Of a stretch of DNA of 64,000 nucleotides, positions 1 to 13,731 are shown one piece after another. The stretch's first letter is position 1. Each line of letters starts with the position of its first letter. The notes beneath the pieces were generated by a model, which was given only the letters and a program-made list of their open reading frames with translations, was not told the origin of the DNA and searched no databases. Made by a program: the position numbers and the translations under genes. Origin of the DNA: Eledone cirrhosa (taxonomy: Eukaryota). The stretch covers positions 287,928,001 through 287,992,000 of the forward strand of contig OZ024742.1 of NCBI GenBank assembly GCA_964016885.1. The letters are read 5' to 3'.

Positions 1-693
1 TTGAACTCCTTTCTTGTTTGAAAATGTTCCCCGACGATCTTAGGTAAATATTTCTTTATCATATTTGCGTTTCCCAAATTTGATTTTTATTATGCTCTGA
101 ATAATTAATTCTTATTAATTACTTCATTGAGCAAAATTGATATCTGTTGGATTCCCTCGTATGTAAGTATATATATATATATCAACAAGATCTCAGACCT
201 CATTCACTTAACGAGTGAGGTGGACCGAGGAAACAATGTTTTCATTGGTCTTTCCAATTAATAATACTATCTGTCGGTCGCAAATCCAGGCAGAAGGAGC
301 AACGTGAAATAAAGTGTTTTGCTCAAGGACATACATAACGCATCGCCTGGTTCGGGAATTGAACTCAACCTCACGATTGTGAATCCAATTCTCTAACCAC
401 TCAGGCATTTTCTCAAAAGATGGAAAACTGGCTGAGGCCAAGCCTATTACGACACGTAAGGATACGGTGTGCTTGTAAAATCCGGGATTCACCTTTGCTC
501 TACTTTCCTATACAGCCAGATATGCCCTTTACCCTTCCTCCCTTTTTTCATTAATTTTGTTTTATCTTTTTAAAAAAATATTTCCATCATTGTATAACTT
601 CTGTGTGTAAAATCTAGTTGATGTATTATGTATAACAGATAACAAAATAAAATTAATTTCTTTAAAACAAAATAATTCAAAATGACTGACTTA

Positions 694-870
<177 letters not shown>

Positions 871-910
871 TTAGTGTTGATTCATAAAGAAAGTCAATAA
901 TTATATATAT

Positions 911-1008
911 ATAGGAAAATGTTTAACCCCGACGACGGCTATTTCTGGACTCAGAAATAACCGTCGAAATGGCTTGAGCTCTGCCGTTGGGGTTAAACAT
1001 TTTCCTAT
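911..1008 (+). other. Three-way-junction hairpin with a partial hammerhead-like arm
   Basis: 20-bp inverted arms ATAGGAAAATGTTTAACCCC/GGGGTTAAACATTTTCCTAT enclose two hairpins and GAAA-TGGC..GCCG-TT. A related half copy at 23730-23780 has GAAA-CGGC..GCCG-TC. Confidence 0.5.
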
Positions 1009-1579
1009 TACCCACTCTACTAAGTATTGAGTACTCTGGTGCGTTATGGCCCATCTGGTTCTTTACCACACTTCCTTCGTTATATATATATATATATAAA
1101 CGGCAAACAAATAAAGCAAACGACACAGTACAATGAAAAAATATAATATTAGTTTTACGCTTGATACAGTAGGAAAAGAGTTTTAACAATCCGCGGACGC
1201 TTGTCATTCCTCAGAAAAGAGAATGGGAAAGAGAAGATTGAGGAGACGGGCAATGGAAGAAAAAAATTATATATGATGACTGTAAACTCTGCTAAGAGTA
1301 TTGCAATCGCTTGTCAGATTATAGAGTTTGGTGCACTTTTAGGCTACGGCCAGCCACACGAACCTGTAACAGATCCTGGACAAGCAATGCTTGTGCTTTG
1401 AAGGTTTTTTAAGTGGGAAAAGGCCTTGCACTCGACCAATCCCACTCTGAGCATCGAGAACACTACCCGAAAAGGAGAACTTGTCAACATCATCGGATGC
1501 TTCCGAAGCCACAAGTTCTTTTCAGTGTCCCTCTCCTTGAAAGGTGTTGTGACAACAGCTGGGGGCCTCTCTCTCTCAC

Positions 1580-1610
<31 letters not shown>

Positions 1611-1888
1611 CACACACCTCTCAAAGTATCTTAGCCTTTTCCGTCAATCAGCCACCTTCCAATGCTATTTTATTTATCAACACTGAATGGATGAAAGGCA
1701 AAGTTGACTTTGGCGAGATTTGAACTCCGATTTTGAATATATATATAGATTTGAATACATATAGCAAGGCATTTAATCCAATCCCATGACGACTCTGCTG
1801 ATTCACCTCCTTTATAGAACTAACACTTCTTCTACAAGAAACCTATATAGCTGCTGCTTTAGCTACAAATTTACTAGGAATTCATCTG

Positions 1889-2130
1889 GAGACGCGTGAC
1901 CTTGTGGTAAGGGTGTTGGACTTACGATCATAATGTCGTGGGTTCGATTCCTGGGCTGTGTTCTTGAGTAAAACACTTCATTTCACGTTGTTGCAGTATA
2001 CTCAGCTGAAAATGAGTACTAGCAATAGCTGGAGGTTTAACCCTGCGATGTACGGGCGTCTTGTCTAGAGTATGGGAGTCATGTACTTTGTCACTTCAAG
2101 CACGAAACCGGGATAAGCACCTGGCATGAG
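1889..2130 (+). mobile_element. tRNA-derived SINE, family 2 (V-domain-like body)
   Basis: A/B-box head (TTGTGGTAAG ... GGTTCGATTCC), then TGTGTTCTTGAGTAAAACAC and CCCTGCGATG..CGTCTTGTC. Homologous copy at 52797-53030 (-); partial copies near 285-405 (-) and 55480-55600 (+). Confidence 0.7.
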
Positions 2131-2375
2131 ACATACTTTATTTTAAAGATATTTTGTGGTTATTTAGCTTAGTGTCAGCCCTGATCAAGAATATATATAA
2201 TCAAATCGTTCCAGGAATGCTTTTCCCACCTTTTGTTTAGTCAATGTATCCGAAACTACATTTTTCTTTTTTTATAAGATTGTAATATGTAATTTGAGGG
2301 ATTTTGGCGCTATTTTTAGCGGATCGAGTGGCCATGTAGTGGTCCTACCGCTGGCAAATATATATTTATTTTATT

Positions 2376-2616
2376 CTAAATTAACAAAAGAGCCCGTCGT
2401 TGCAGGGACACCTTTCGCCACTAGATAAAGACTCCCCCTCTCTCCTTAACATGGCTGTCTTTAAATAGCCACAGAACTCTGCTATTTTAGGGGAGAACAA
2501 GATTTAAACAATATATTAACATGCTCCTATGTATCAAATTTGAACAAAATTGGATGGAAACTATGTAAATGCATCGCCTGCATACAGACAGACAGACATT
2601 TTCGTTTATATATATA
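2376..2616 (-). mobile_element. Short non-autonomous Helitron-like element
   Basis: On the minus strand it starts TATATATAAA..TGTCTGTCTGTC and ends with a degenerate CCC..GGG hairpin. It abuts the next Helitron. Confidence 0.5.
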
Positions 2617-3295
2617 CTAGCATTAAAGCCCGGCGTTGCTCGGGGTCAGTAAGTTACCAAAGTTAGGTTGCACCACCCATTTTATGGCAGCACTTTTTTT
2701 GTCTGCCAGGCACTGGGTGAATGAATTGCAGACCTGGACTGCCGAAGCAGGAGCTGCGCCAGCAGTGACAATTGTAGTTTCGCCTATGGATATTATCTCT
2801 GTGCAAAGAAGTGTTGAAATTTATTGTTTCACAGTACTTGCGCAACACGCGCGTAGACGATGCCAGCCGAACAACAAAGCTGCGATGGAGTTGTTCTGCT
2901 TGGTTGTCTAATGTGTGTTTTCTAAATTTAAGACAGTAGGGAGTGGTGTGATATGGGGGAAAGTTAGCTGCTGTTTCTAGCCGGTTTAGTGACCTCATAG
3001 AGGATATGTTTTCTAAATTTAAGACAGTAGGGAGGGGTGTGATATGAGGGAGAGTTAGCTGCTGTTTCTAGCAGGTTTAGTGACCTCATAGAGGATATTA
3101 TTGTGTATAGTAAATAAACTGATACTTCTTTCTTCCACGTTCGTTGAGAGGTTTTAAAAAAGATCAATCGCTATTTTTGTTGTTGAATAAATTTATCTGT
3201 TGCTTTTGAATAATTGTTGTTTCGTATGAAATGTAATAAGTTCTCTTTGTCATTAAAGTAAATAAATGTTTGATCGTTCCACACTCAAAAACAAA

Positions 3296-3356
<61 letters not shown>

Positions 3357-3613
3357 GCGTTCCTAAAGGAAGTTTGTAAGTTTAATCGTATATAAGAGAA
3401 AGTTGCAGCATGTATGTAGTTTTATCGAATTTTAAGGGGTGTAGAGAGAGAGGTAATCAGATTGTATTAGAGGGGTAAAGCGTCATGTATTTAGTTTTAT
3501 CGATTATTTCCGTAACTGTGGGTGAGTTTGAATGAAATAAATAGTCGTTGACATTCTTACAGACTTTGAGTCGAATAGGTTTGAAATTGTGCAAATGTAT
3601 AAACATGGAACAT

Positions 3614-3697
<84 letters not shown>

Positions 3698-3710
3698 TGC
3701 TTTTTATAGA
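2617..3710 (-). mobile_element. Non-autonomous Helitron inside a tektin intron
   Basis: Minus-strand 5' TCTATA start, 3' hairpin CCCGAGCAACGCCGGG followed by CTAG (2617-2644). Internal ~90-bp duplication (2913-3095) and (CT)n/(CA)n tracts. Confidence 0.7.
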
Positions 3711-3743
3711 TAATGATGATATATAGATAACAGTTAACTTTAC

Positions 3744-3966
3744 CTTTTGAAGATGAGCTTGCATTTTATTACGAGTGTCTGTAGTTTCTCGAATACGAGC
3801 GTTAAAAGCGTTGTTGACGGCATTAAATTGACTCCACATACCATTGGCACACTGTCTAAGACATGCATCTATTTCTCCGCGAAGACGCTCAGAATTGGCT
3901 CGTTCCTTCTGCGAACGTAGCAGGTTATGTTGCGTGTAACGGCTCCACGAGTCTGGGATACTTAAG
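3744..3966 (-). CDS. Tektin-3/5-like gene, internal exon (223 nt)
   Basis: cacag acceptor and gtaaag donor. Translates LSIPDSWSRYTQHNLLRSQKERANSERLRGEIDACLRQCANGMWSQFNAVNNAFNARIRETTDTRNKMQAHLQK, similar to TEKT3 (VPESWAKF..NILRSQSER..EMWNQFNKVN..KIQTHLAK, recalled from memory). Confidence 0.93.
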
Positions 3967-4048
3967 CTGTGAATAGCATATGTTGGGAAATGAATCTTTA
4001 AAACTTTTATTGAAATCTTTTGTCATATTTAGCAATTTCATAATCTCG

Positions 4049-4080
<32 letters not shown>

Positions 4081-4407
4081 AAAAGAAAGCAGTATTGGAA
4101 AGGACTATACATGTCATAAATGAGAGGAAAAGAAGAAGAGCAAGGACTACTAGACAAATGAAGAAAGAAACGGGGAAGGAGAGAGAGTGACAGACATTAC
4201 ACCTAGGTCAGAGCGGTATTTCGGCTGCCCTCCGCGGACAAAATACCAAAGGAATTTCCGCGGACAATAAAAATGTACATAAAATATCATGCAAATACTA
4301 AAAAGACCCCCTCCCCCTCCCCCCCCAAAACAAGCAAAAAACAAACAAACAAAACAAAAACAACAACAGCCATAACAGCCAACGAAAAATGTATGTATAT
4401 TCCTTAC

Positions 4408-4551
4408 GTGTTAGCAGCGTTTTCTATTCCTGGGTAGTAACCGATACCGGCCGATGAGTTTCTTAAGTGATGCATTCGATCATCTATAGTCTGAGCATGC
4501 TCTTTGTCTTTCATGTCGATATCGAGAGAATGTAACGCAGCACGGTTCATT
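4408..4551 (-). CDS. Tektin-3/5-like gene, internal exon (144 nt)
   Basis: tttag acceptor and gtaagg donor. Translates MNRAALHSLDIDMKDKEHAQTIDDRMHHLRNSSAGIGYYPGIENAAN, similar to TEKT3 NRASQHELEKDLSDK..IDDKCHHLRNTS. Splices in frame to the next exon. Confidence 0.92.
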
Positions 4552-4710
4552 CTAAAGAAATCAATGAAATAATAGTTGAAAAGGATATGAAATGCAACAT
4601 TGCAAAATGTTTCTAATTTTACATGGATCACACATATCGTTATATATATATATATACAATGTATGAATATGTGTTGGTTAGTTACCGATACTTCAGTATG
4701 CAGGGTACAG

Positions 4711-4788
<78 letters not shown>

Positions 4789-4794
4789 GATCCG

Positions 4795-5200
4795 CCTTTT
4801 CGTTATTGTAGTGGAGTCTGTGCTGCTGTACGAGTCTGAGACTTGGACACTGACCAAGAAACTCACTCAGATGGTGGATGGGTGCTACATGAGAATGCTG
4901 AGGATGGCTCTGAACATTAATCAGTATACACTGAGGATGAAAAGCTCAGAGCTGTATGGGAGCATCCCAAAAGTCAGCTCAAAAGTGACACAGAGGAGAC
5001 TGGGACATGCTCACCGACATCCAGAGTAGACACTGCACTCAGTGCTCATGTGGGAGCCCCTGCATGTACACACTGGAAGAGGAAGACCAAGGTTAACATA
5101 TGTTGATGCCCCAAGGACAGACACTGGTCTGTTGGAGTCGCAGGACATGGCAGTGATAATGAGGGACAGAGACCGCTGGAGAGAACTCGTCCATGAATCT
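4795..5200 (+). mobile_element. RTE-clade LINE, decayed 3' RT fragment
   Basis: VESVLLYESETWTLTKK..DGCYMRMLRMALNI..LGHAHRHPE..GRPRLTYVD is the typical RTE C-terminus; stops and frameshifts present. Confidence 0.8.
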
Positions 5201-5233
5201 CGGGAATTTTACCCGCCCTAGATAGATAGATAT

Positions 5234-5832
5234 TCGCAACAATGCAGCACGCCATTTTTGCATTCATATATATATTTTTTCCCCTAGCTGTGGTGTGTCT
5301 TCTTTCTATCTCCTTACTGCTATCCCCTTTCTCTCTCCCCCTTCTCCCTCCTTGTAACTCTTGCTTTCCTTCACCCCCTCTGCTGGTCACACACTCTCTC
5401 AGCTGGCCTCTTCCTCACACTTTAGCTCACTCACTCTCTGCTACTCCCCCTCTCTCACTTCCTCCCGTCTGACCTGTGTGAAATCCTTTTCTCTCTCACT
5501 TTTCGCGTGGTTCGGACGTGTCTGCCTCTTCTCGTCGATTGATTTGTTCGGACTTATGTCCACAAGTATCATTGACTTGTCTCTCTTTTCCTCTCTTTAC
5601 GTTGCATTACTACTATGTTGTTTGTTTACTTTCCTCATTCAATTCGCTCTGTCCCAATAACTTATTTTAGTTATTGCTCCCACTGATTTTGAGGTGTCTG
5701 GTCTTTAATGCGAAGAAATACCAATGATAGTCGGCAGACAACTGATGATGGTCAGTCCCGTTTCTCGGTCTATTTTCATTCATATGTATCACACTCGCAA
5801 CAACGCAGCACGCCATTTTTTCATTCATATAT
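5234..5832 (+). mobile_element. Non-coding terminally redundant 561-bp element (retrozyme-like) carrying a permuted hammerhead motif
   Basis: ~40-bp direct repeat at 5234 and 5795, CT-rich body, (TA)n flanks, homology to 40539-41124 and 62741-63669. Confidence 0.7.
5678..5749 (+). ncRNA. Candidate permuted hammerhead ribozyme, copy 3 (GUC site, predicted cut after 5698)
   Basis: GGTGTC|TGGTCT TTAAT GCGA A GAAATACC AATGATA GTCGG C AGACAA CTGATGA T; stems complementary with two mismatches. Confidence 0.6.
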
Positions 5833-5855
5833 ATTATAGATATATATATATATTT

Positions 5856-6088
5856 GGTCCACAGAATCAAAGGCCTTCCCAAAGTCAATGAAAACCATGA
5901 CCGCAGGAAGGCACTTTGCTCTACATCGCTCTAATATCGTCCTCAGCATCAGGATGTGACTGGTGGTTGATCTTCCCTCTCTGAAACCGTTCTGGTTGTC
6001 CCTGAGCTTCTTCGCCATCTCGGGCTGGATCCTGTTAAGAATCATCCTATTGAAGGTCTTTGCCACAAGTGACGTCAGTGAGATCCCC
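5856..6088 (-). mobile_element. RTE-clade LINE RT fragment, opposite orientation to 4795-5200
   Basis: RGISLTSLVAKTFNRMILNRIQPEMAKKLRDNQNGFREGRST..VFIDFGKAFDSVD, the N-terminal RT motifs. Confidence 0.85.
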
Positions 6089-6138
6089 CTAGATAGATAT
6101 ATATATTATATATATTATATATATATATATTATATATA

Positions 6139-6185
<47 letters not shown>

Positions 6186-6761
6186 TATATATATTATATA
6201 TATATATATATTATATATATAATATATATCTATCTATAATAAATATATATCTATAATATATATATATTATATAATATATATATTATATATATTATATATA
6301 TATACTTTATATATATATATAATTGTTTCTACTTTTGGCACAAGGTCAGCAATTACCCAGTGTATTACTGGTACTTTATTTTATCGACCCCGTCAGGATG
6401 AAAGGCAAAGTTATATATATATATTATATATATATATATTATATGTATATTATATATATATTATATATATATATATATATTATATATATATATTATATAT
6501 ATATATATTATACATATATATTATATATATATATTATATATATATATATTATATATATATATATTATATATATATATTATATATATATATATATATTATA
6601 TATATATATTATATATATATATATTATATATATATATTATATATATATTATATATATTATATATATATATATTATATATATATTATATATATATATATTA
6701 TATATATATTATATATATATATATTATATATATATTATATATATATATATTATATATATAT

Positions 6762-6815
<54 letters not shown>

Positions 6816-6818
6816 ATA

Positions 6819-6910
<92 letters not shown>

Positions 6911-7150
6911 ATATATATATATTTAGTTATGTAATAAACAGCATAAGATAATTATTTCATTTACCAGTGGTTTCTTGAAAGCAACCAAAATTGCTTTCAT
7001 TCATCAGAATGAAAAAGTCCTGGTGTCTTTATTGACAGTGGATTTTCAAATCCACTGTCAATATGTTGTTTATTACATAACCAATAAGCTCTGTAACCTA
7101 CATAGAGCACTCTTTTTTCCTGGACTTTTCCGACGGAATTACTTCACACA

Positions 7151-7278
<128 letters not shown>

Positions 7279-7415
7279 ATATTATATATATATATATATA
7301 ATATATATATATATATTATATATATATATTTATTATATATATATATTTATTATATATATGGATGTCTGTCTGCGTGTGTGTGTGTTTGAATCCCTAAAAC
7401 TCGAGAACCACCCAT

Positions 7416-7640
7416 ATGACTCCAGTTGCTCAGTGAATTAACAACCCAACAAGGAACTGGGCATATCAGAGTATTGACAATATTATACACCTAAACAACA
7501 TATGTACTTGTCTATACCATGCTAATTCAAACTGCCTGAAGAGGTCACAGCCAAAGATGGCTGTCACTGAAATATATATAGCAGTAATAAACGAAGCTAA
7601 ATTTTAATCATTTGACTTTTATTTAACTTTATTTTATATA
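7416..7640 (+). mobile_element. Penelope-like pseudo-LTR 3' fragment
   Basis: Near-identical to 18330-18555; contains an HHR followed by AATAAA and ends in (TA)n. Confidence 0.7.
7531..7585 (+). ncRNA. Minimal type-I hammerhead ribozyme (Penelope type)
   Basis: ACTGC CTGAAGA GGTCACAGCCA-AAGA-TGGCTGTCACT GAAA TATATATA GCAGT: 5-bp stem I, intact core, palindromic stem III, AUA site. Confidence 0.8.
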
Positions 7641-7728
7641 TAATATATATATATATTTATATTATATATATATACTAGCTGGCCCGTCCGGCTGGTGCCC
7701 GGCTACCATTAGTCTGTTCTACGGCATC

Positions 7729-7845
<117 letters not shown>

Positions 7846-7896
7846 CTGACGTACCTAGCTTCGCTTGGATAAACTGGCGATAAGCCGTCTGTGTAG

Positions 7897-8152
7897 TATA
7901 GCATTACTGTTGAAAATATATAGTATAGTATAGTATTAATGTTGAAAATATATAGTACAGTATTACTGTTGAAAATATATAGTACAGTATTACTGTTGAA
8001 AATGTAAAGTACAGTATTACTGTTGAAAATATATAGTACAGTATTACTGTTGAAAATGTATAGTACAGTATTACTGTTGAAAATATATAGTACAGTATTA
8101 CTGTTGAAAATGTATAAGTACAGTACCGTATTACTGTTGAAAATATGTACAC
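7897..8152. repeat. 27-bp minisatellite (AGTACAGTATTACTGTTGAAAATATAT)n
   Basis: About 9 tandem units, each containing the palindrome ACAGTA-T-TACTGT. Confidence 0.9.
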
Positions 8153-8202
<50 letters not shown>

Positions 8203-8314
8203 TATATATGTACACGAATATATATATATATATTTATATTATATATATATATATATAATATATATATATATATTATATATATATATGTACACGAATATAT
8301 ATATATATATATTC

Positions 8315-8424
<110 letters not shown>

Positions 8425-8470
8425 TATATATAATATATATATATAATATATATATATATATATAATATAT

Positions 8471-9470
<1,000 letters not shown>

Positions 9471-9882
9471 TCTATATATATAAAACTGAGGTTGTCTGTC
9501 TGTCTATCGATTTTTGGCACACATCTTCTCTTAGAATCTCTCACGGAATTGCACCGAAATTGCTATACTTGTACATTGAGCCCTAGCGAAGACATCGGAA
9601 AAAAAAAATTTCAAATTGACCCGCCCTATCTGACGAAATCGAATATAATGTATCGATTTTTGAGCGTAAGTGATCAGTTATTTCCCTTTGTTCTGTTTAC
9701 ATTGAGCATCTTACGTAAAAAATTACGCTGGCTTTCTCAGCGTTTAAAATGACATTAACACAATACACGAACAGTTGTCGAGCCAGCAAAATATTGACCT
9801 GCAAAATTCATCAGTTCGAACACTAAGCTTCCGTTTTGCTTCATTTCCATTTAAAAGCCTTTTAAAACAATATTTTTACTTG
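9471..9882 (+). mobile_element. Non-autonomous Helitron, copy 2 (runs into the gap)
   Basis: Starts TC immediately after the CTAG of copy 1 and is highly similar to 8595-8971. Confidence 0.8.
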
Positions 9883-10082
9883 NNNNNNNNNNNNNNNNNN
9901 NNNNNNNNNNNNNNNNNNNNNNNNNNNNNNNNNNNNNNNNNNNNNNNNNNNNNNNNNNNNNNNNNNNNNNNNNNNNNNNNNNNNNNNNNNNNNNNNNNNN
10001 NNNNNNNNNNNNNNNNNNNNNNNNNNNNNNNNNNNNNNNNNNNNNNNNNNNNNNNNNNNNNNNNNNNNNNNNNNNNNNNNNN
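9883..10082. other. Assembly gap (200 N)
   Basis: Run of n. Confidence 1.
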
Positions 10083-10308
10083 AAGATATGGAGAAACATT
10101 CCGTCGTCAGGGAAGTCTATTCTCATCTAAGTTTCCAGGCAAAGCGAGGACTCTGGAAACTTATTAAAAAATAATTCAGTGGATAGGAAATAGCAAAGCG
10201 TGGACTGAATTCCTAGCCATTGAGAAAATCACTGCCTCTGCGTCTGTGGCAAATTCAAAAAGAATCAATCACGTGACATCGAGGTCAATCACGTGATTGA
10301 ATTCTTTT

Positions 10309-12055
10309 TGACTTATGTCGGACAGACGGGACGTCGCCTGGCGGACCAAGTCACGGAGCACCTCCGGGATATTCGTCTCGGGGGCAGTTCCCCCATCGCC
10401 CGCCACTTTGGTGGCCCTGGACACTCCGCACGCCATCTCACAGTCTGTGGCCTACTCCAGTGCCACGGAACACCCGCCCATCGCCTTACGGTCGAACAAC
10501 GCACTATCTTCATCTTACAGACCCATAATCCCCCGGCCTGAACTCCCCACCCTTATTCCTTTAGCGTTCGACCGCCCCCCTCTCCCCACACTTATCCCCC
10601 ACTAACACCACTAACACACCCCTCCTTTTCACCGCCCACCCCACACTAACAATATTAACACCTCCACTCCACCCCTCATCTGACCACCCTTCCCAACTAA
10701 CATACTAACATCCCTTCCCTCTCCTCTTCTCCTCCTCCCCCTCCTTATCACACGCACACACGCACCAACTTACACCACCCACCCCACACGCAACTAACAT
10801 CACTAACACCCCCAACCCACGCACACGTACCCACACACCCTCGTACACCACCAACTCTACACACCCTACTACCACTAACCCCCACTCACACCTGCATTCC
10901 ACCCCTCCCCACCTCCCGCATACTAACACCCACTAACACCTCTTCACCAAACTACACACACACCAGTACACCACACTCCCTCCATAGAACCACACACACC
11001 CTTCTCTCCCCGCTCCACCCACACCCCCGCTCCACACTCACTCATCCCACTAACACCCCTACTAATACACACACACACACACACCCTCCTCACTCCAACT
11101 CTCACACCTACCCATCCTCGCCTCCCTACCATTCCACCGACTGCTGCTATGCCCTTCCCACCACCTCCCAGCACCAACTGACCACAGCGCTCCCACTGCT
11201 GACCACTTCCTGTTGCGCGCGCACCCCACATCTCTCCTCTTCCGACCACCGCTTCTTGGATTACCCACACGCGAAATTGACTTATAACCAAATCTCCAAA
11301 CATCCGTGGAACTTACCAACTTTTCAACCATCCTCTTACGCCATCACCTATATAACTCACCCACACACACACCCCCAAAAAATTTTTTCTCCACACGCCA
11401 CCCACACCCACAACACGCTTAAACCCCACACACACGTGCTTCCCACCACATATTTACACCCTCACCCTCCTGATTCCTCTCCCCCCACCCCCCTATCCAC
11501 ACACGCACAGACACTCCGACCCACAAAAACACCCCCCACACACACCTCTTCCTGAACATGCAACCCCGTTCTTCCCCCAACCCTCACTTTCACATACACA
11601 CACACACACACACGCACACCTACACACACACACCACCTTCAGCCCTCCCCGCTCGGACACCCCATCTCCCTCTCCCCACTCCACCCGCCACCACCCCTAC
11701 TCACCCCACACCCTTCCACCACCTGTTTACCCCCCTTTTAACTTCAGTTTATTTTGATCATGCCTTTATTTTTAAATTTTCTCATTCCTTGTATTTTGAT
11801 CATGCTTTATTTTTATTTTTTATATATTTTTTGTCTTTATTTGTTAATTTTTCATTCGCACCGTTTCCTTTCGCTATATGTCTCTCCACCACTCCCCTAC
11901 ACACCTTTTGAACTCTGTTCCCACACACTTCTCACCTGAGGAAGGGCTTATGCCCGAAACGTCGTCCCCCACCTACCCCCCACTCTCCTGAGCGTGAATT
12001 TAATAAACATTTATTGTACTGCCTCTCTGTTCTGTCCCTGTTCAAATTTTTCATT
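10309..12055 (+). mobile_element. 5'-truncated Penelope-like element (Neptune type): GIY-YIG C-terminus, C/A-rich tail and pLTR
   Basis: YVGQTGRRLADQVTEHLRDIR..SPIARHF..H..RLTVEQRTIFILQTHNP matches the PLE GIY-YIG endonuclease. Followed by a long C-rich region, an HHR-like motif at 11934-11965, AATAAA at ~12002 and (TA)n. Confidence 0.85.
11934..11965 (+). ncRNA. Minimal hammerhead-like motif of the Neptune element
   Basis: CTGAGGA A GGGC-TTAT-GCCC GAAAC GTC; stem I is only 2 bp and there is an extra A in the core. Confidence 0.55.
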
Positions 12056-12121
12056 ATATATATATATATATATATACATATATATATACATATATACATA
12101 TATATATATACATATATATAT

Positions 12122-12184
<63 letters not shown>

Positions 12185-12321
12185 TACATATATATACATA
12201 TCTATATATACATATATACATATATATATATACATATATATATATACATATATGCATATATATATATATATACATATATATAAATATATATACATATATA
12301 TACATATATATAAATATATAT

Positions 12322-12449
<128 letters not shown>

Positions 12450-12511
12450 ATATATATACATATATACATATATATATATATATACATATATATATACATA
12501 TATATATATAT

Positions 12512-12552
<41 letters not shown>

Positions 12553-12781
12553 CATATATATATATATATATACATATATATATACATACATATATATATA
12601 TACATACATATATATATATACATACATATATATATATATACATACATATATATATATACATACATATATATATACATACATATATATATACAACATCATT
12701 CATTCTCATCTCGGGAACAATTTTGAATAGCGCCAGTTCGTAATTTGAACTCGGGAATTTTATATTCTCCGAGTGAAAAGA

Positions 12782-12868
12782 ACCTTCTGACGAGAGTTTA
12801 TCTTTTCAATGGAAGCCCGCAAGGACTGTCCATTTATTTTTGAGACTCGAAACCGATTCGGTAAAGGT
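12782..12868 (+). ncRNA. Type-I hammerhead ribozyme with long stem II (predicted cut after 12863)
   Basis: ACCTT CTGACGA GAGTTT..AATGGA..CC-GCAA-GG..TCCATT..AGACTC GAAA CCGA-T-TCGG TA AAGGT. Confidence 0.85.
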
Positions 12869-13269
12869 AACCATAGTAAGTACATTGAATTTTTTGAAAT
12901 TTATTTTGAAACTTTTTTCTTATTTGCTAAACCTTGATTATATATGTTCTGGATCGTTAATTTATTAACCTGCCATTGAACCACATTGGCATATGGTTGG
13001 ATAATACATGTGTCTCTATTCGTTTTTTGCGTGTAGGGATATATACTTTATTATTATTAATCTCCCCCTGGTCGAGATGAAATCTTGTCGTTTTGACTAC
13101 TGCTATTTATAGTGGTAGTAGATTGACTTCCTTGCCTCTGCCTTCTATCTTTACACACGGCACTGGACAGAATTGCTTCCACATCATTCATTCTCATCTC
13201 GGGAACAATTTTGAATAGCGCTAGTTCGTAATTTGAACTCGGGAATTTTATATTCTCCGAGTGAAAAGA

Positions 13270-13356
13270 ACCTTCTGACGAGAGTTTATGTTTTCAATGG
13301 AAGCCCGCAAGGACTATCCATTTATTTTTGAGACTCGAAACCGATTCGGTAAAGGT
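13270..13356 (+). ncRNA. Type-I hammerhead ribozyme, second tandem copy (predicted cut after 13351)
   Basis: Same core and stems as 12782-12868. Confidence 0.85.
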
Positions 13357-13449
13357 AACCATAGTAAGTACAGTGAATTTTTTGAAATTTATTTTGAAAA
13401 TTTTTCTTATTTGCTAAACCTTGATTACATATATATATATATATATATA

Positions 13450-13651
13450 AATTTTAGTACAGCATTGACGAAGCTTTAGAATACGGCCAAGCTAGCGTAT
13501 ATGCATAATCGGTCTGTAGCTTGAGCACTCAGATGAGGAAAGACCCCAGAGTAATAACATTACGTTCAGACAGCTTAGCAAATCAGATATAGCGGTCGGC
13601 AATCCAGCGGCATCACTAGAGCAACGAAAATACAGGACCCAGGAAAAGATA

Positions 13652-13692
<41 letters not shown>

Positions 13693-13696
13693 ACAC

Positions 13697-13731
<35 letters not shown>

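Larger units (their letters stand above)
12693..13427 (+). mobile_element. Retrozyme-like tandem: 1.5 copies of a 488-bp non-coding unit with two hammerheads
   Basis: 12693-12939 repeats at 13181-13427 (offset 488); (TA)n on both sides; no credible ORF. Confidence 0.8.

Noticed and set aside
1150-1230. HHR-like CTGAGGA..TGACAA/TTGTTA..AAAC on the minus strand
   Set aside because: GAAA is mutated and there is no stem I or III; at best a dead relic.
4185-4245. GAAATACC..GGTGTA arm with a CCGCGGA pseudo-core on the minus strand
   Set aside because: The core is too deviant and stem I does not pair.
5216-6098. 13-bp CCCTAGATAGATA direct repeat as a TSD around the retrozyme-like unit plus RTE piece
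   Set aside because: The CCCT of the second copy belongs to the RT coding sequence and the rest is low-complexity (TAGA)n, so coincidence is likely.
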